Positions 19,591 to 29,832 of a stretch of DNA of 64,000 bases are shown here, in pieces; the first letter of the stretch is position 1; the number at the start of each line of letters is the position of its first letter. A model generated the notes under the pieces. The model was not told the DNA's origin, searched no databases, and saw nothing but the letters and a program-made list of their open reading frames with translations. The DNA comes from a bacterium. Lineage in GTDB: Bacteria > DUMJ01. The position numbers and the translations under genes are program-made. The stretch is from NCBI GenBank assembly GCA_049969715.1, contig JBMFOH010000007.1, forward strand, positions 10,284 to 74,283. Reading direction: 5' to 3'.

Positions 19591-21042
19591 ATGGAAAGAA
19601 GGATTAATTACGGAAAGATTATTCTTTGGCTTACTCTCATTGTAGCAACTATATTAATGGCTTATGTGGCGTCACTTTATGTCTATAGAGCCATCTGTGC
19701 AATTAGGTATCCTCAGCCCTTAGACTATGGGGAAGGACCAATTTTAAATCAGGTAAGGCTTCTTTTACGGGGGGAAAATTACTATAAAGACATAAATACA
19801 CCGCCATACATAGTGGGGAACTATCCTCCAGTATTTAATCTATTCTCTCTGTTGCTTGTCCCTATATTTGGACTATCATTTGCTACTGGAAGGTTTATAG
19901 CATTCTTATCTGCTATAGCAACTTCATATGTAATATATAGAATAGTCTTTCATATAACTAAAGATCGAATTATATCAATCTTGAGTGGACTATTCTATCT
20001 GGCAATAGATTACCTCTACGTATGGGGTATATATATGAGGATAGACACCTTATCAATATTCTTTAATATGCTTGGAATATATTGGGTTATAAAGAATGAA
20101 GGCGACTATAAAAAACTAAGGTGGAGTATATTATTCTTTCTTCTAGCTCTATATACGAGACAATCTATGATTGCAGGAATAGTAGCCGCATATTTATATC
20201 TTTTAACAAAGAATAAGAAGGTAGCCCTAAAGCTTATAAGAGATACGATAATCTATGGTGCCACAGTATTCATTATACTTACAGCAATAACTAAAGGACA
20301 ATTTTATCTCCACATAGTAAAATACAATAACAACATATTTACCTTTAGACAACTCTGGTTCTTCTTATCTCACGAAATCTTTACATATACAGTTATGCTT
20401 ATTGTAAGCCTTATAGCTTCAATCGTATGGCTTTGGCATCACCAAAGAAGAATCATTGCCCTATATTTTATCTTTGCCTTCTTAGTCCAACTAACAGCAG
20501 GTAAAGTTGGTTCAATGTTGAATTATCTTATCGAGCCGATTGGGGTAGCTGGTATAATAGCAGGAATTCTTATAAGTGATGCATTAGAATTTGCTTCAAG
20601 GACTAAAAAAGAGTTGGTACTTGTAGGTATTAGTATATTACTACTATTGCAGATAGGAAATTATTATTACGGCCCAAATACACTGAGCTGGGGTTGGAGG
20701 CCGTCACCTCCACCTGTAAAACTTGATGAGTATGTAGAAAAAGCCAAAGGTCCGATCTTAGCAGAGAACCTTGGGATTCTCCCTGCTCACAATAGGGAGA
20801 TATACTTTGACCCATTTATATTTACCCAATTATACTATCAGGGTCTCTGGGACCAGAATAAAATCCTGAAAGATATAGAAGATAAAAAATTTGACCTTGT
20901 TATGTTAGAATTCAACGTGATCTATGACCATTATAATGATTCTGATAGATGGACAAGAGAGATGAAGTACGATATTTATAACAACTACGTTCTCATTGAC
21001 CAACAGGCTAATATATGGGTCTATAAACCTTTAAGATTCTGA
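19591..21042 (+). CDS. polytopic membrane protein, GT-C-like glycosyltransferase candidate (ArnT/PMT-like)
   Basis: ~11 predicted TM helices with a large loop after TM1. No soluble catalytic motif is recognisable. Confidence 0.35.
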   Translation: MERRINYGKIILWLTLIVATILMAYVASLYVYRAICAIRYPQPLDYGEGPILNQVRLLLRGENYYKDINTPPYIVGNYPPVFNLFSLLLVPIFGLSFATGRFIAFLSAIATSYVIYRIVFHITKDRIISILSGLFYLAIDYLYVWGIYMRIDTLSIFFNMLGIYWVIKNEGDYKKLRWSILFFLLALYTRQSMIAGIVAAYLYLLTKNKKVALKLIRDTIIYGATVFIILTAITKGQFYLHIVKYNNNIFTFRQLWFFLSHEIFTYTVMLIVSLIASIVWLWHHQRRIIALYFIFAFLVQLTAGKVGSMLNYLIEPIGVAGIIAGILISDALEFASRTKKELVLVGISILLLLQIGNYYYGPNTLSWGWRPSPPPVKLDEYVEKAKGPILAENLGILPAHNREIYFDPFIFTQLYYQGLWDQNKILKDIEDKKFDLVMLEFNVIYDHYNDSDRWTREMKYDIYNNYVLIDQQANIWVYKPLRF

Positions 21043-21088
21043 TATGATATAATAAAGAGATTACAAAGGTTTATTAGGAGGCTTTAGA

Positions 21089-22630
21089 ATGTTTATTACT
21101 TTTTTAGGGGCAGCGGGGGAAGTAACAGGTTCTAGTTACCTACTAGAAACAGATATTAATAAATATCTTGTAGACTGTGGCATATTCCAGGGGGAGAATG
21201 AGGACGAAAATGAAACTCCATTTAGTTTTTCTCCATCTAGTATAAAGGCTATACTATTAACCCATGCCCACCTAGATCATTCAGGGAGAATCCCAAGGTT
21301 AGTAAAAGAGGGGTTTAAGGGCAAGATATATGCAACCTTACCTTCTATAGAGCTATGTGAAATCTTATGGTTTGATACAGCAAAATTAATGCGGGAAGAG
21401 GTAGAGAGGATAAATAGAAAGAATCAAAGGGCAGGAAGGTCACTCATAGAACCACTATACAATGATGACGATGTTAAGAATGCACTCAAATTATTTGAGC
21501 CAGTCCCATACGACGAAATCTTATCCCTAGAAGATATAAGATTCAGATTTAGAGACTCTTCTCACATCTTAGGTTCAGCATCTATAGAGGTATGGAATGA
21601 AAAGACAAAGGCAGTCTTTTCTGGAGATATCGGTCAATGGGAAGGGGTAATGGAAGGGACCCCAGCCACAATAGAACAGGCAAACTACGTAGTTATAGAA
21701 TCTACATATGGAGACAGGCTCCATAAATCTCTAGAAGAAACGAGAGAAGAGTTTGCTCAGACGATACAGAATGCAATCTCGGAAGATGGTAAGGTTCTCA
21801 TTCCATCTTTTGTAGTGGATAGGGCACAAAGAATAATATATGAGATAAAACTCTTAGAAGAGAAGAGAGTCATATCAAACAACATACCTATATATTTTGA
21901 TAGTCCTATGGGACAAAAGGTAACAGAGGTATATAAGAAGTATAGTAATCTACTTTCCAGTGAGCTTCAAAAATATTATCTAGCTTCCCAGGACCCATTT
22001 GAAATCGAAAACCTAAAATATCTTGCATCTGTCGACGAGTCAAAGAGGGTAAACGAATTAGACAGAGGAATAATTATAGCTGGAAGTGGCATGTGTACAG
22101 GAGGGAGGATACTACATCATATAAAGCACAATATATGGAAGGAGAATACGCACATAGTTTTTGTTGGATACCAAGCGCAAGGAACATTAGGGAGAAGGAT
22201 TATAGATGGAGCAAAAAATATCAGTGTGATGGGAGAAGAGATAACAGTAAAGGCTAAGATTCATACCATAAATGGTTTTTCTGCTCATGCAGATCAGAAG
22301 GACCTCCTAAGATGGGCAGAAGGATTCCAGAATAATCCCACATTTATAATAACACACGGAGAGGTAAACTCCTCTCAGGCACTCTCTCAGTTATTTAGGC
22401 TTAAGGGCTATCAGACATTAATACCAGTAAAAGGGCAGAAGATAGACCTGTTAAAGAAGGAAATATCTGAGGTAAAACCCGCTCCTTCTTTAGACTGGGA
22501 ATCCCTTATCTCAGAACTAGATTCCCAGATAGCCTTATTGAAACAAAAGATATTAGGACAATCTGATATAGAAAAGTTTTCTCTCTTACGGGCTGTATCT
22601 ACAATACTTAAAGAGGTCCTTGAAAAGTAA
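21089..22630 (+). CDS. MBL-fold metallo-hydrolase with beta-CASP/RNA-specificity domain (CPSF/RNase J-like ribonuclease)
   Basis: HAHLDHSG motif 2, a beta-CASP-like middle region, and C-terminal H (GFSAHAD). Confidence 0.7.
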   Translation: MFITFLGAAGEVTGSSYLLETDINKYLVDCGIFQGENEDENETPFSFSPSSIKAILLTHAHLDHSGRIPRLVKEGFKGKIYATLPSIELCEILWFDTAKLMREEVERINRKNQRAGRSLIEPLYNDDDVKNALKLFEPVPYDEILSLEDIRFRFRDSSHILGSASIEVWNEKTKAVFSGDIGQWEGVMEGTPATIEQANYVVIESTYGDRLHKSLEETREEFAQTIQNAISEDGKVLIPSFVVDRAQRIIYEIKLLEEKRVISNNIPIYFDSPMGQKVTEVYKKYSNLLSSELQKYYLASQDPFEIENLKYLASVDESKRVNELDRGIIIAGSGMCTGGRILHHIKHNIWKENTHIVFVGYQAQGTLGRRIIDGAKNISVMGEEITVKAKIHTINGFSAHADQKDLLRWAEGFQNNPTFIITHGEVNSSQALSQLFRLKGYQTLIPVKGQKIDLLKKEISEVKPAPSLDWESLISELDSQIALLKQKILGQSDIEKFSLLRAVSTILKEVLEK

Positions 22631-22644
22631 AGGAAGGTGATAAT

Positions 22645-23853
22645 ATGCTCTCAAGAGAAAGGGTAATAACAGCCATCAATCACAAAGAGCCAGACATAGT
22701 CCCTTGGGACCTAGGAGGAATGAGGTCCACTGGAATGATGGCTATGGCTTACGTCAAATTGAGAAAAGCACTAGGTCTACCATTAGAAGAGATAAAGGTC
22801 TATGATGTTGGTCAACAGCTTGCTTGGATAGACGAGGATGTAAGAAAGATACTAGGGCTCGACGTGATTGCATTAGATACAGAAAAGGTGTTGGCTGACT
22901 ACATCTATGGATGGAAACCCTACAGATTGCCAGATGGAACTCCAGCTCTCATTCCATCAAACTATATGATAGAAGAAACGGAGGATGGAGGTAAGATACT
23001 CTATAATAGTAAAAGAAGGGCTATAGCTAGGATGCCTGCTGGAGGCTTCTACTTTGACGGGATATATCATGAGCTAGAAGATGTCTCTACTTTAGAAGAG
23101 ATTGATAAATGGGTTCCTGGAAGTTTTAGTAGAGAGGAGTTAGATGCGCTAAAAGATGCAGCTAAAGACCTCTATGAAAATACCAGTTATGCCATTATGG
23201 GTTCTTTTGGTGGAAACATAGTAGAACTAGGACAAGGGCTAAGAGGATGGGAAAACTTTATGTCCGATCTAGTAGGAAACAGACCTCTAGCTGAAAAATT
23301 GATAGAGAAGATGGTAGAGATGCATCTTAGAAATCTAAAGCTCTACCTTGAGGCAGTAGGAGGCTATATCCAGATCATCCAGATGGGTGATGATTTAGGT
23401 ACCCAGAATGGACCTATGCTCTCTCCTAAGCTCTATAAAGAGCTTATATATCCTGCACATAAAACTATCTATGATTATATCCATAAAAACTCTAATATAT
23501 ATGTATTCCTACATTCCTGTGGAGGAATCTATGAACTTATCCCCTATCTTATAGATGCAGGGGTTGATATAATTAATCCAGTACAGACATCAGCAAGAGG
23601 AATGGACCCCAAGAGACTGAAGTCAGAGTTTGGAGATAAGCTTACATTCTGGGGAGGAGGATGTGATACACAGTCTATCTTACCATACGGAAAACCAGAG
23701 GAGATAGCTAAGCATATAAGAGAAAGGGTAGAAATCTTTTCAATGGGAGGAGGATTTATTTTCACTCAGGTTCATAATATCCAAGCTAATGTTCCTATAG
23801 AAAATATAATGGCTCTTGTTGAAACAATGGTTTCTTTAACGCGAAAAAAATAG
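22645..23853 (+). CDS. uroporphyrinogen decarboxylase (URO-D) family protein, paralogue of 9700-10821
   Basis: SRERVITAI...PDIVPWDLGG at the N-terminus and ~400-aa size. It shares its N-terminal pattern with the other URO-D-like protein. Confidence 0.6.
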   Translation: MLSRERVITAINHKEPDIVPWDLGGMRSTGMMAMAYVKLRKALGLPLEEIKVYDVGQQLAWIDEDVRKILGLDVIALDTEKVLADYIYGWKPYRLPDGTPALIPSNYMIEETEDGGKILYNSKRRAIARMPAGGFYFDGIYHELEDVSTLEEIDKWVPGSFSREELDALKDAAKDLYENTSYAIMGSFGGNIVELGQGLRGWENFMSDLVGNRPLAEKLIEKMVEMHLRNLKLYLEAVGGYIQIIQMGDDLGTQNGPMLSPKLYKELIYPAHKTIYDYIHKNSNIYVFLHSCGGIYELIPYLIDAGVDIINPVQTSARGMDPKRLKSEFGDKLTFWGGGCDTQSILPYGKPEEIAKHIRERVEIFSMGGGFIFTQVHNIQANVPIENIMALVETMVSLTRKK

Positions 23854-24021
23854 TCTATATATGAAGGAGACATTTAAGAGACATTCTCCAAAATTTTGTA
23901 GTCTTTATCTTCATATCCTCTATGATTTCATTAGTAGTCCTCAATTTTATTCCCCTATTTTTCTCAAAAGAGAAAATTTTAACTTATTATACTATACCTA
24001 TAGAAAACTAAAAATCCTTCT

Positions 24022-24035
24022 CTAGTTTAAACTAG
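24022..24035. promoter_or_regulatory. 14-bp perfect palindrome CTAGTTTAAACTAG in mntH leader (candidate operator)
   Basis: Read directly from the sequence. It lies ~110 nt upstream of the Nramp start in a 290-nt AT-rich leader. Confidence 0.3.
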
Positions 24036-24144
24036 TTAGTTGTTAGAAACTAAAAGTTTTGGTATTACTCGTTAGAGTTTCCGAGAGTCTTTAGTAAAGG
24101 AGGTCTTACAGATTAGTAAGCTATTTGGCAAACATTTCCCAAAG

Positions 24145-25365
24145 TTGGGAGCTTTAGAGATATTAAAATATATCGGACCTGGATTTTTGGTCACTGTAGG
24201 ATTTATTGATCCTGGCAATTGGGCTTCTAATATGGCGGCAGGTTCTGGCTTTGGGTATTCCCTTCTCTGGATGGTAACCCTATCGACTATTATGCTAATA
24301 TTTTTGCAGCATAATGCAGCCCATCTAGGAATTGTAACAGGATTATGTCTCTCAGAATCTATCTCTAGATATTTTAAAAAATCTGTAGGAAGATTTCTCT
24401 TATCTACTGCAATGCTAGCCTCTATATCTACTGCCTTAGCAGAGATATTAGGAGCCAGTATAGGACTAAATATGCTCTTTGGAATCTCTATTCCTCTTGG
24501 AGCTATCATCACTACTATTTTAGTCATTATAATGCTCTTTACAAATAGTTACAGGAGATTAGAACGATGGATCATTGGCTTTGTATCTCTTATAGGGATC
24601 TCTTTCCTCTTTGAATTAATCCAGGTAAAAGTAGAATGGCATTCAGCCTTGAAGGGATGGATTATGCCGTCTTTTCCTAAAGACTCACTTCCTATAATTA
24701 TGAGTGTACTCGGAGCTGTGGTGATGCCTCACAACCTCTTCCTCCATTCAGAGATAATTCAGAGTAGGCAGTGGAATATAAAGGAAGAAGAAGTTATGAA
24801 GAGACAGCTACAATATGAATTTCTTGATACCCTTTTGGCTATGATAGTAGGATGGGCTATAAATAGTGCGATGATACTAGTAGCTAGCGTAGTGTTTCAT
24901 TCAAACAATATTTTAATTACTCAGCTTCCTCAGGCTTATAGGACACTAGAACCGCTCCTTGGAAAGGTCTCTTCTACTGTATTTGCCCTTGCCCTTCTCT
25001 TTTCAGGCTTTTCCTCATCTATAACAGCAACTATGGCAGGGGGAAGTATCTGGGCAGGTATATTCTCAGAACCATTCGATATAGAAGACATTCATACAAG
25101 ATTAGGAGTATTGATAACTACAGTTGGAGCCCTCTTAATCATATTTTTCATCTCTAATCCATTTCAAGGATTGATATGGAGCCAGATAATATTAAGTATT
25201 CAGCTACCATTTACTACAGTATCTATGATAATTCTTACCTCCTCTAAAAGGGTTATGGGGAAATTCTTTAATTCAGCATTAGACAATATTATCTTATGGT
25301 GGATAACCGGCATTGTTACCACTTTAAATATCATACTCCTATTTAGCCTTTTCTTAGGGGGATAA
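24145..25365 (+). CDS. mntH: Nramp-family divalent metal (Mn2+/Fe2+) transporter
   Basis: GPGFLV..GFIDPGN.A....G..FGY.LLW signature with 11 TM helices. The ORF appears to start with TTG. Confidence 0.8.
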   Translation: MGALEILKYIGPGFLVTVGFIDPGNWASNMAAGSGFGYSLLWMVTLSTIMLIFLQHNAAHLGIVTGLCLSESISRYFKKSVGRFLLSTAMLASISTALAEILGASIGLNMLFGISIPLGAIITTILVIIMLFTNSYRRLERWIIGFVSLIGISFLFELIQVKVEWHSALKGWIMPSFPKDSLPIIMSVLGAVVMPHNLFLHSEIIQSRQWNIKEEEVMKRQLQYEFLDTLLAMIVGWAINSAMILVASVVFHSNNILITQLPQAYRTLEPLLGKVSSTVFALALLFSGFSSSITATMAGGSIWAGIFSEPFDIEDIHTRLGVLITTVGALLIIFFISNPFQGLIWSQIILSIQLPFTTVSMIILTSSKRVMGKFFNSALDNIILWWITGIVTTLNIILLFSLFLGG

Positions 25366-25368
25366 AAC

Positions 25369-26208
25369 CTATTTACCCTCTATTGCTCCTCTCATAGGGA
25401 TAAAGTAGACACCCATATCTCTCCTTGAATGAACCTTGCCATTCTTGTCCTTAGTGTACACATATAGGAACTGTCCTTTCTTGAAAGGCTGACCTATAGG
25501 AACAATCAACCTGCCATCTGGCTTTAGCTGTTTAAGAAGCTCAGGAGAAACATAAGGGGCTGCACAGGTAACGATTATAATGTCAAATCCCCCCTTAACA
25601 TCTGCCCACCCGTAGTATCCGTCTCCAACCTTTGTATGGACATTGCTATACCCTAAAGGTTTAAATATTTTAGAGACTGCATCTCCAAGTGGCTTGATTA
25701 TCTCAATCGAATATACCTCTTTGCAGATCCTTGAGAAGATTGCTATCTGATACCCACTACCTGTTCCTATCTCTAGCACCACATCATCCGGTTTTGGCTG
25801 GGATAACTGAGTCATATATGCCTGCCCTAGATAATCACTCAGAACCGAACCATATCCTATGCTCCAATGTTGAGCAGGTACCTCGTAGGCGTTATCTCCA
25901 AAGAATTTTTTATACTGATAATTATACTGAAAATATTCCCTTGGAACCTCTCTGAATGCCTTTAGGACTAAAGGGTCTGCATTTCCAAACTTTTCGGTAA
26001 GATATCTTTTTATTTCTGCTAAAGCCCTTTCCTTTCTCTTCTGGATATTATCAAAGTCAGATGTTGAAATACTAACATCTCTACCACTTTCTTTCATTGC
26101 CTTTATAAAGACTGAATAATTCCAACCTTCCCCTGCTGCACATTCAAAACCAAAAGGAATCAAAAGGAGCAAAAATAAAAAGACCTGTAGATAAAATCTT
26201 CGTTTCAT
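25369..26208 (-). CDS. pcm: protein-L-isoaspartate O-methyltransferase with N-terminal signal peptide/extension
   Basis: VLEIGTGSGYQ (SAM motif I), the PIMT core, and a ~80-aa N-terminal signal sequence plus linker. Confidence 0.75.
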   Translation of the reverse strand: MKRRFYLQVFLFLLLLIPFGFECAAGEGWNYSVFIKAMKESGRDVSISTSDFDNIQKRKERALAEIKRYLTEKFGNADPLVLKAFREVPREYFQYNYQYKKFFGDNAYEVPAQHWSIGYGSVLSDYLGQAYMTQLSQPKPDDVVLEIGTGSGYQIAIFSRICKEVYSIEIIKPLGDAVSKIFKPLGYSNVHTKVGDGYYGWADVKGGFDIIIVTCAAPYVSPELLKQLKPDGRLIVPIGQPFKKGQFLYVYTKDKNGKVHSRRDMGVYFIPMRGAIEGK

Positions 26209-26226
26209 ATATCCCTCCTAATTCTA

Positions 26227-28665
26227 TTATATATAATCTCTCTCTGGAAATGTTAGAAGAGACACAAGATAGAGAAAGATAGACAATACGAGTACTAGTC
26301 TATATCCATAAAAGATAGAGAATACATTAGCTAATGGAGTCCCAATGACAGAAAATGCCCCATTAATACTAAGAGCCCAAGGCAAAAGGCGACTCTTATC
26401 TCCTACAAAAGTCGAAAGTCCTAGAGGAAAAGGAAACCCCATAAAGAAAGATAGTGGTGCCACCAAAGATACTATAGAGACAAATTTAAAGGCAAAGGGA
26501 ATGTCCATCAGATGGATAAGAATCTTATCTAAGAACATAGTATAGAATAAAAGCAGTAAAACAATAGCACTTATGGCTATACCTACTCCCTTTAACGGAT
26601 TGCCTATATACTTTTGAGAATAGTAACTTCCAAATCCAGAGAAGAATAACATAGAAGCCAGAACTACTGCAAATGAAGAGGTATAGTCATTCAACACCAG
26701 AGATATCTTATCGAACAGCAGTATTTCAATAAACATAAACACTAGTCCAAGACTTAAGAAGTACAATATTTCGTTAAACAGCAATCTCTTTGTCCTTAGA
26801 GTTCTTACCTCCTTTATTAAGGGAAGGAATAGTATAAAAAGGGCAAAGATAACAGATTGAATGATTACACCAAAATTAACCAAGAAACCTATCTCCTCTC
26901 TAGGTAAAAGGGCAATTAATCTTAGTACTTCCCTCAGTCTTTTTAGATTGATAGTAGAGAAGAAGTTCGGTCTATTAAAAGAAGAGGGGGCAACATTAAA
27001 TAGGTCAGAGAAGGAAAAATATCTGGTGTTAAAGAATAGAACCTTTTGGATATCATCCATAAGAGAATCCTGGGGGGACGAGGTCTTAGTCTGAGGGAAG
27101 ATTGGAGGTAGGTCATTCCATATGGTCTTGATTCCCTTGGGATTAATCCCAGGATAATAGGATGTATCAAAGGAACGAGCATAACAAAAATCCTTAAGCC
27201 TCTGTATATCCTTGGTATCAAATGGAGATCTGCTGACTAGGACTCTAGCATTCCAGGATGCCCTGTAAACTAATATACAATTCTCGGGAGATACTACTCC
27301 TAAGGACCTTAGAACCTCCATAACAGTATTTACAATCTTAAGAGCATATACTGTAGACTCACTAATAGAGACCGGAATAGAGAGGATTCCACCTTCTTTC
27401 AAATGAGTAAGATACAGAGAAAATGCCTCTTTAGTAAAGGCATACTTGTTAGCTGTACTCTGATTTAGGAAATCGGTAGATATGTCTATAATATCAAAAT
27501 ATGCCTGATTCCTTACCAAGAAGGAGATAGGTGAATCTCTATATATCTTCACTCTATTATTCCTACTTAACTCATCAAATCTTTTCACATAGGAACTTAT
27601 AACATCATCAGAATCTAAGGCAATGATTGAAGTACTGTTTGATGTTAATACCTCCTTAATCCTAAATCCCCCATGACTTCCAATTAAAAGTACCGAAGGG
27701 TCATTTTTTAGAAGATATGGGAATAAATCTAGAGAAGCATTAAGATAAGAGGTATCTAAATGACCCTCTTTAATGAGAGTGGTTAACCTATTTCCGTCCC
27801 TGTAAAGGCCGTATCCAATTGGATACCCCTTGACCTTAAGGAGAGCATAATCATTGGAAAGTTCCTCATCAAGCCTCTCTGTATAGTTATCTAGGATTAA
27901 ATAGTACCCCTTTGGGGATTTAATCTTAGAAATAATCCTATTATTTTCCACATGCAGTGGGGCATAGATAGCCTTATACTCACAAAAATCAGCCCTGTTA
28001 TAGAATATTATCCCTGCCTCTGAAAAGATAAAGAGAATAAATAGAGCGAAATATAATCCTCCTCTATTCCTCTTTGTAAAGAGTCTAATATTTAAAATAG
28101 AGACCAGAAGTAGAAATGGTATAATAGCACTTAAAAGATAGAATGGATGAATAAAACACATAAATACCAGGATCAAAATAGAACCAACCCCTGCACCAGT
28201 TAGGTCAGCTGCATATATCCTATTAGTGCCACTATAGAGAATAAGGTAGTTCAATCCAATGTAGAGCCCAACTAAAACAAAGACTGGGAATATCGCGAGA
28301 TAGTACTTCCCAATATTAACAATCTGGTTCATCCATACATCTGGATTCTGAAGCTCCAAAGGATTGAACGGATTTATAGAGATAAAATAGAAGGATAGAG
28401 GAAATAACACCATCAGAACGATCGGAATTATTAACAGTGTCTTCTGATAAGACCTCAAAAAGAAGTCTTTAAAGAGATATAAGATAATACTCCCCAAAGA
28501 ATAACCGACCATAGTAATAGATACAACCAAGTAGCCGTACTCTTCCCATTTAGAGATAGCAAAGAATCTATTCAGAGAGGTTTCAAAATAGATAGAGGAT
28601 GCAGAAACAAGAAAGATAGAAATAAGCAAGGATCGCTCAACTATACCGTCTCTTTTATTATTCAT
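26227..28665 (-). CDS. large membrane protein with central spermidine-synthase-like (degenerate) domain flanked by TM blocks
   Basis: ~7 N-terminal and ~6 C-terminal TM helices. The central domain aligns to aminopropyltransferase motifs but they are degenerate (LLIGSHGGFRIKEVL vs IGGGDGG..REV; FDIIDISTDF vs D..DP). Confidence 0.45.
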   Translation of the reverse strand: MNNKRDGIVERSLLISIFLVSASSIYFETSLNRFFAISKWEEYGYLVVSITMVGYSLGSIILYLFKDFFLRSYQKTLLIIPIVLMVLFPLSFYFISINPFNPLELQNPDVWMNQIVNIGKYYLAIFPVFVLVGLYIGLNYLILYSGTNRIYAADLTGAGVGSILILVFMCFIHPFYLLSAIIPFLLLVSILNIRLFTKRNRGGLYFALFILFIFSEAGIIFYNRADFCEYKAIYAPLHVENNRIISKIKSPKGYYLILDNYTERLDEELSNDYALLKVKGYPIGYGLYRDGNRLTTLIKEGHLDTSYLNASLDLFPYLLKNDPSVLLIGSHGGFRIKEVLTSNSTSIIALDSDDVISSYVKRFDELSRNNRVKIYRDSPISFLVRNQAYFDIIDISTDFLNQSTANKYAFTKEAFSLYLTHLKEGGILSIPVSISESTVYALKIVNTVMEVLRSLGVVSPENCILVYRASWNARVLVSRSPFDTKDIQRLKDFCYARSFDTSYYPGINPKGIKTIWNDLPPIFPQTKTSSPQDSLMDDIQKVLFFNTRYFSFSDLFNVAPSSFNRPNFFSTINLKRLREVLRLIALLPREEIGFLVNFGVIIQSVIFALFILFLPLIKEVRTLRTKRLLFNEILYFLSLGLVFMFIEILLFDKISLVLNDYTSSFAVVLASMLFFSGFGSYYSQKYIGNPLKGVGIAISAIVLLLLFYTMFLDKILIHLMDIPFAFKFVSIVSLVAPLSFFMGFPFPLGLSTFVGDKSRLLPWALSINGAFSVIGTPLANVFSIFYGYRLVLVLSIFLYLVSLLTFPERDYI

Positions 28666-28774
28666 AAACCTTCTCCTTCATTTGTCCTTCATATAATGGA
28701 AATATAATTTCTATAATAGTATAATTGTAGCAGATCAAAGATGAAAAATAAATGAATATGGGAAGGCATTTAGG

Positions 28775-29788
28775 ATGAGTAATAAATTGTTTAATAGGTC
28801 TATTATTATCTGTATATCAATATTATTGACATTAGCCATTGGGGTTAAAGTTTATAATGAAATAACTACTATAAGTATAAGGGATTGGAACTATCGCTCT
28901 CTCCAAAGGATAGATAGAACAAGGAAGATCTTTTCTTTTATTGTATTTGGAGACAACAAAAACTCAGGGAGAATCTTTAATGAACTTATAGATAGAATAA
29001 ATAAGGAAGATGTTTTATTCTCTATAGACAACGGAGACTTAGTTTTTGTAGGAAGAGAAGAAAACTTTGAATTATTCTTAAAACAGGCAAAAAGATTAAA
29101 CAAGCCCTTACTAACTGTTATGGGGAACCACGAACTATTGTTGGATGGGAGAGGAAACTACTATAAGATCTTTGGTCCATTCTACTACTCATTTACAGTA
29201 GGGGACTGCTATTTTATCGTATTAGATGATGCTAATGGGAAGAATCTGGGACCTTGGCAGAAAGAATGGCTGAAAGAAGAACTAGAAAAAAGTCTTAGCT
29301 ATAAATACAGGTTTATATTTATGCATATACCCCTGTTTGTCCCAGACAAAAAGTTAAAGAGGAGTGATGCCCTAACAGATTCGAACTCTGCCAAAGAATT
29401 AAGTAATCTGTTTGACAGGTATAACGTTACTATGGTCTTTGCCTCTCACATCCACGCATACTATAGGGGATTCTGGGGAAAGACACCTTATATCATCACA
29501 GGTGGCGCTGGAGCAGAACTAATTGGTGTCAACCCAGTTCATGATTTCTATCACTATATAAAGGTATCTGTACTACCTGATGGTATAAAATACGATCTTA
29601 TCAAACTCAAAAGCCCTCCACTTAGAATGATAGACAGATGGCTCTACGATGGATGGATATACATTTATCTATTGCTCGGACTTTACTCTTGGGATATTAT
29701 ACTAATTCTCACCATTCTCTACCTTGCCTCCTATATCGTCTTTATAAAGAAGAAGTGGCTCACCTGGAACATAAGAAAGATTAGGTAA
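28775..29788 (+). CDS. membrane-anchored metallophosphoesterase (calcineurin-like)
   Basis: GD...DNGDLV...GNHE motifs, with N- and C-terminal TM segments. Confidence 0.65.
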   Translation: MSNKLFNRSIIICISILLTLAIGVKVYNEITTISIRDWNYRSLQRIDRTRKIFSFIVFGDNKNSGRIFNELIDRINKEDVLFSIDNGDLVFVGREENFELFLKQAKRLNKPLLTVMGNHELLLDGRGNYYKIFGPFYYSFTVGDCYFIVLDDANGKNLGPWQKEWLKEELEKSLSYKYRFIFMHIPLFVPDKKLKRSDALTDSNSAKELSNLFDRYNVTMVFASHIHAYYRGFWGKTPYIITGGAGAELIGVNPVHDFYHYIKVSVLPDGIKYDLIKLKSPPLRMIDRWLYDGWIYIYLLLGLYSWDIILILTILYLASYIVFIKKKWLTWNIRKIR

Positions 29789-29832
29789 TATATAGTATAA
29801 TAGTTTAATATTAATAAAAATGGAGGAATGGT

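Noticed and set aside
23860-23900. Apparent hairpin after the URO-D paralogue (ggagacatttaagagacattctcc)
   Set aside because: On inspection it is a direct repeat (gagacatt x2), not an inverted repeat, so it is not a terminator stem.
24072-24527. 151-aa minus-strand ORF
   Set aside because: It is entirely antisense to the well-supported Nramp transporter gene and has no recognisable features.
29796-29801. TATAAT box upstream of nrdD as a full promoter or NrdR box
   Set aside because: No acceptable -35 lies at 16-18 nt, and no NrdR-box-like palindrome is recognisable.
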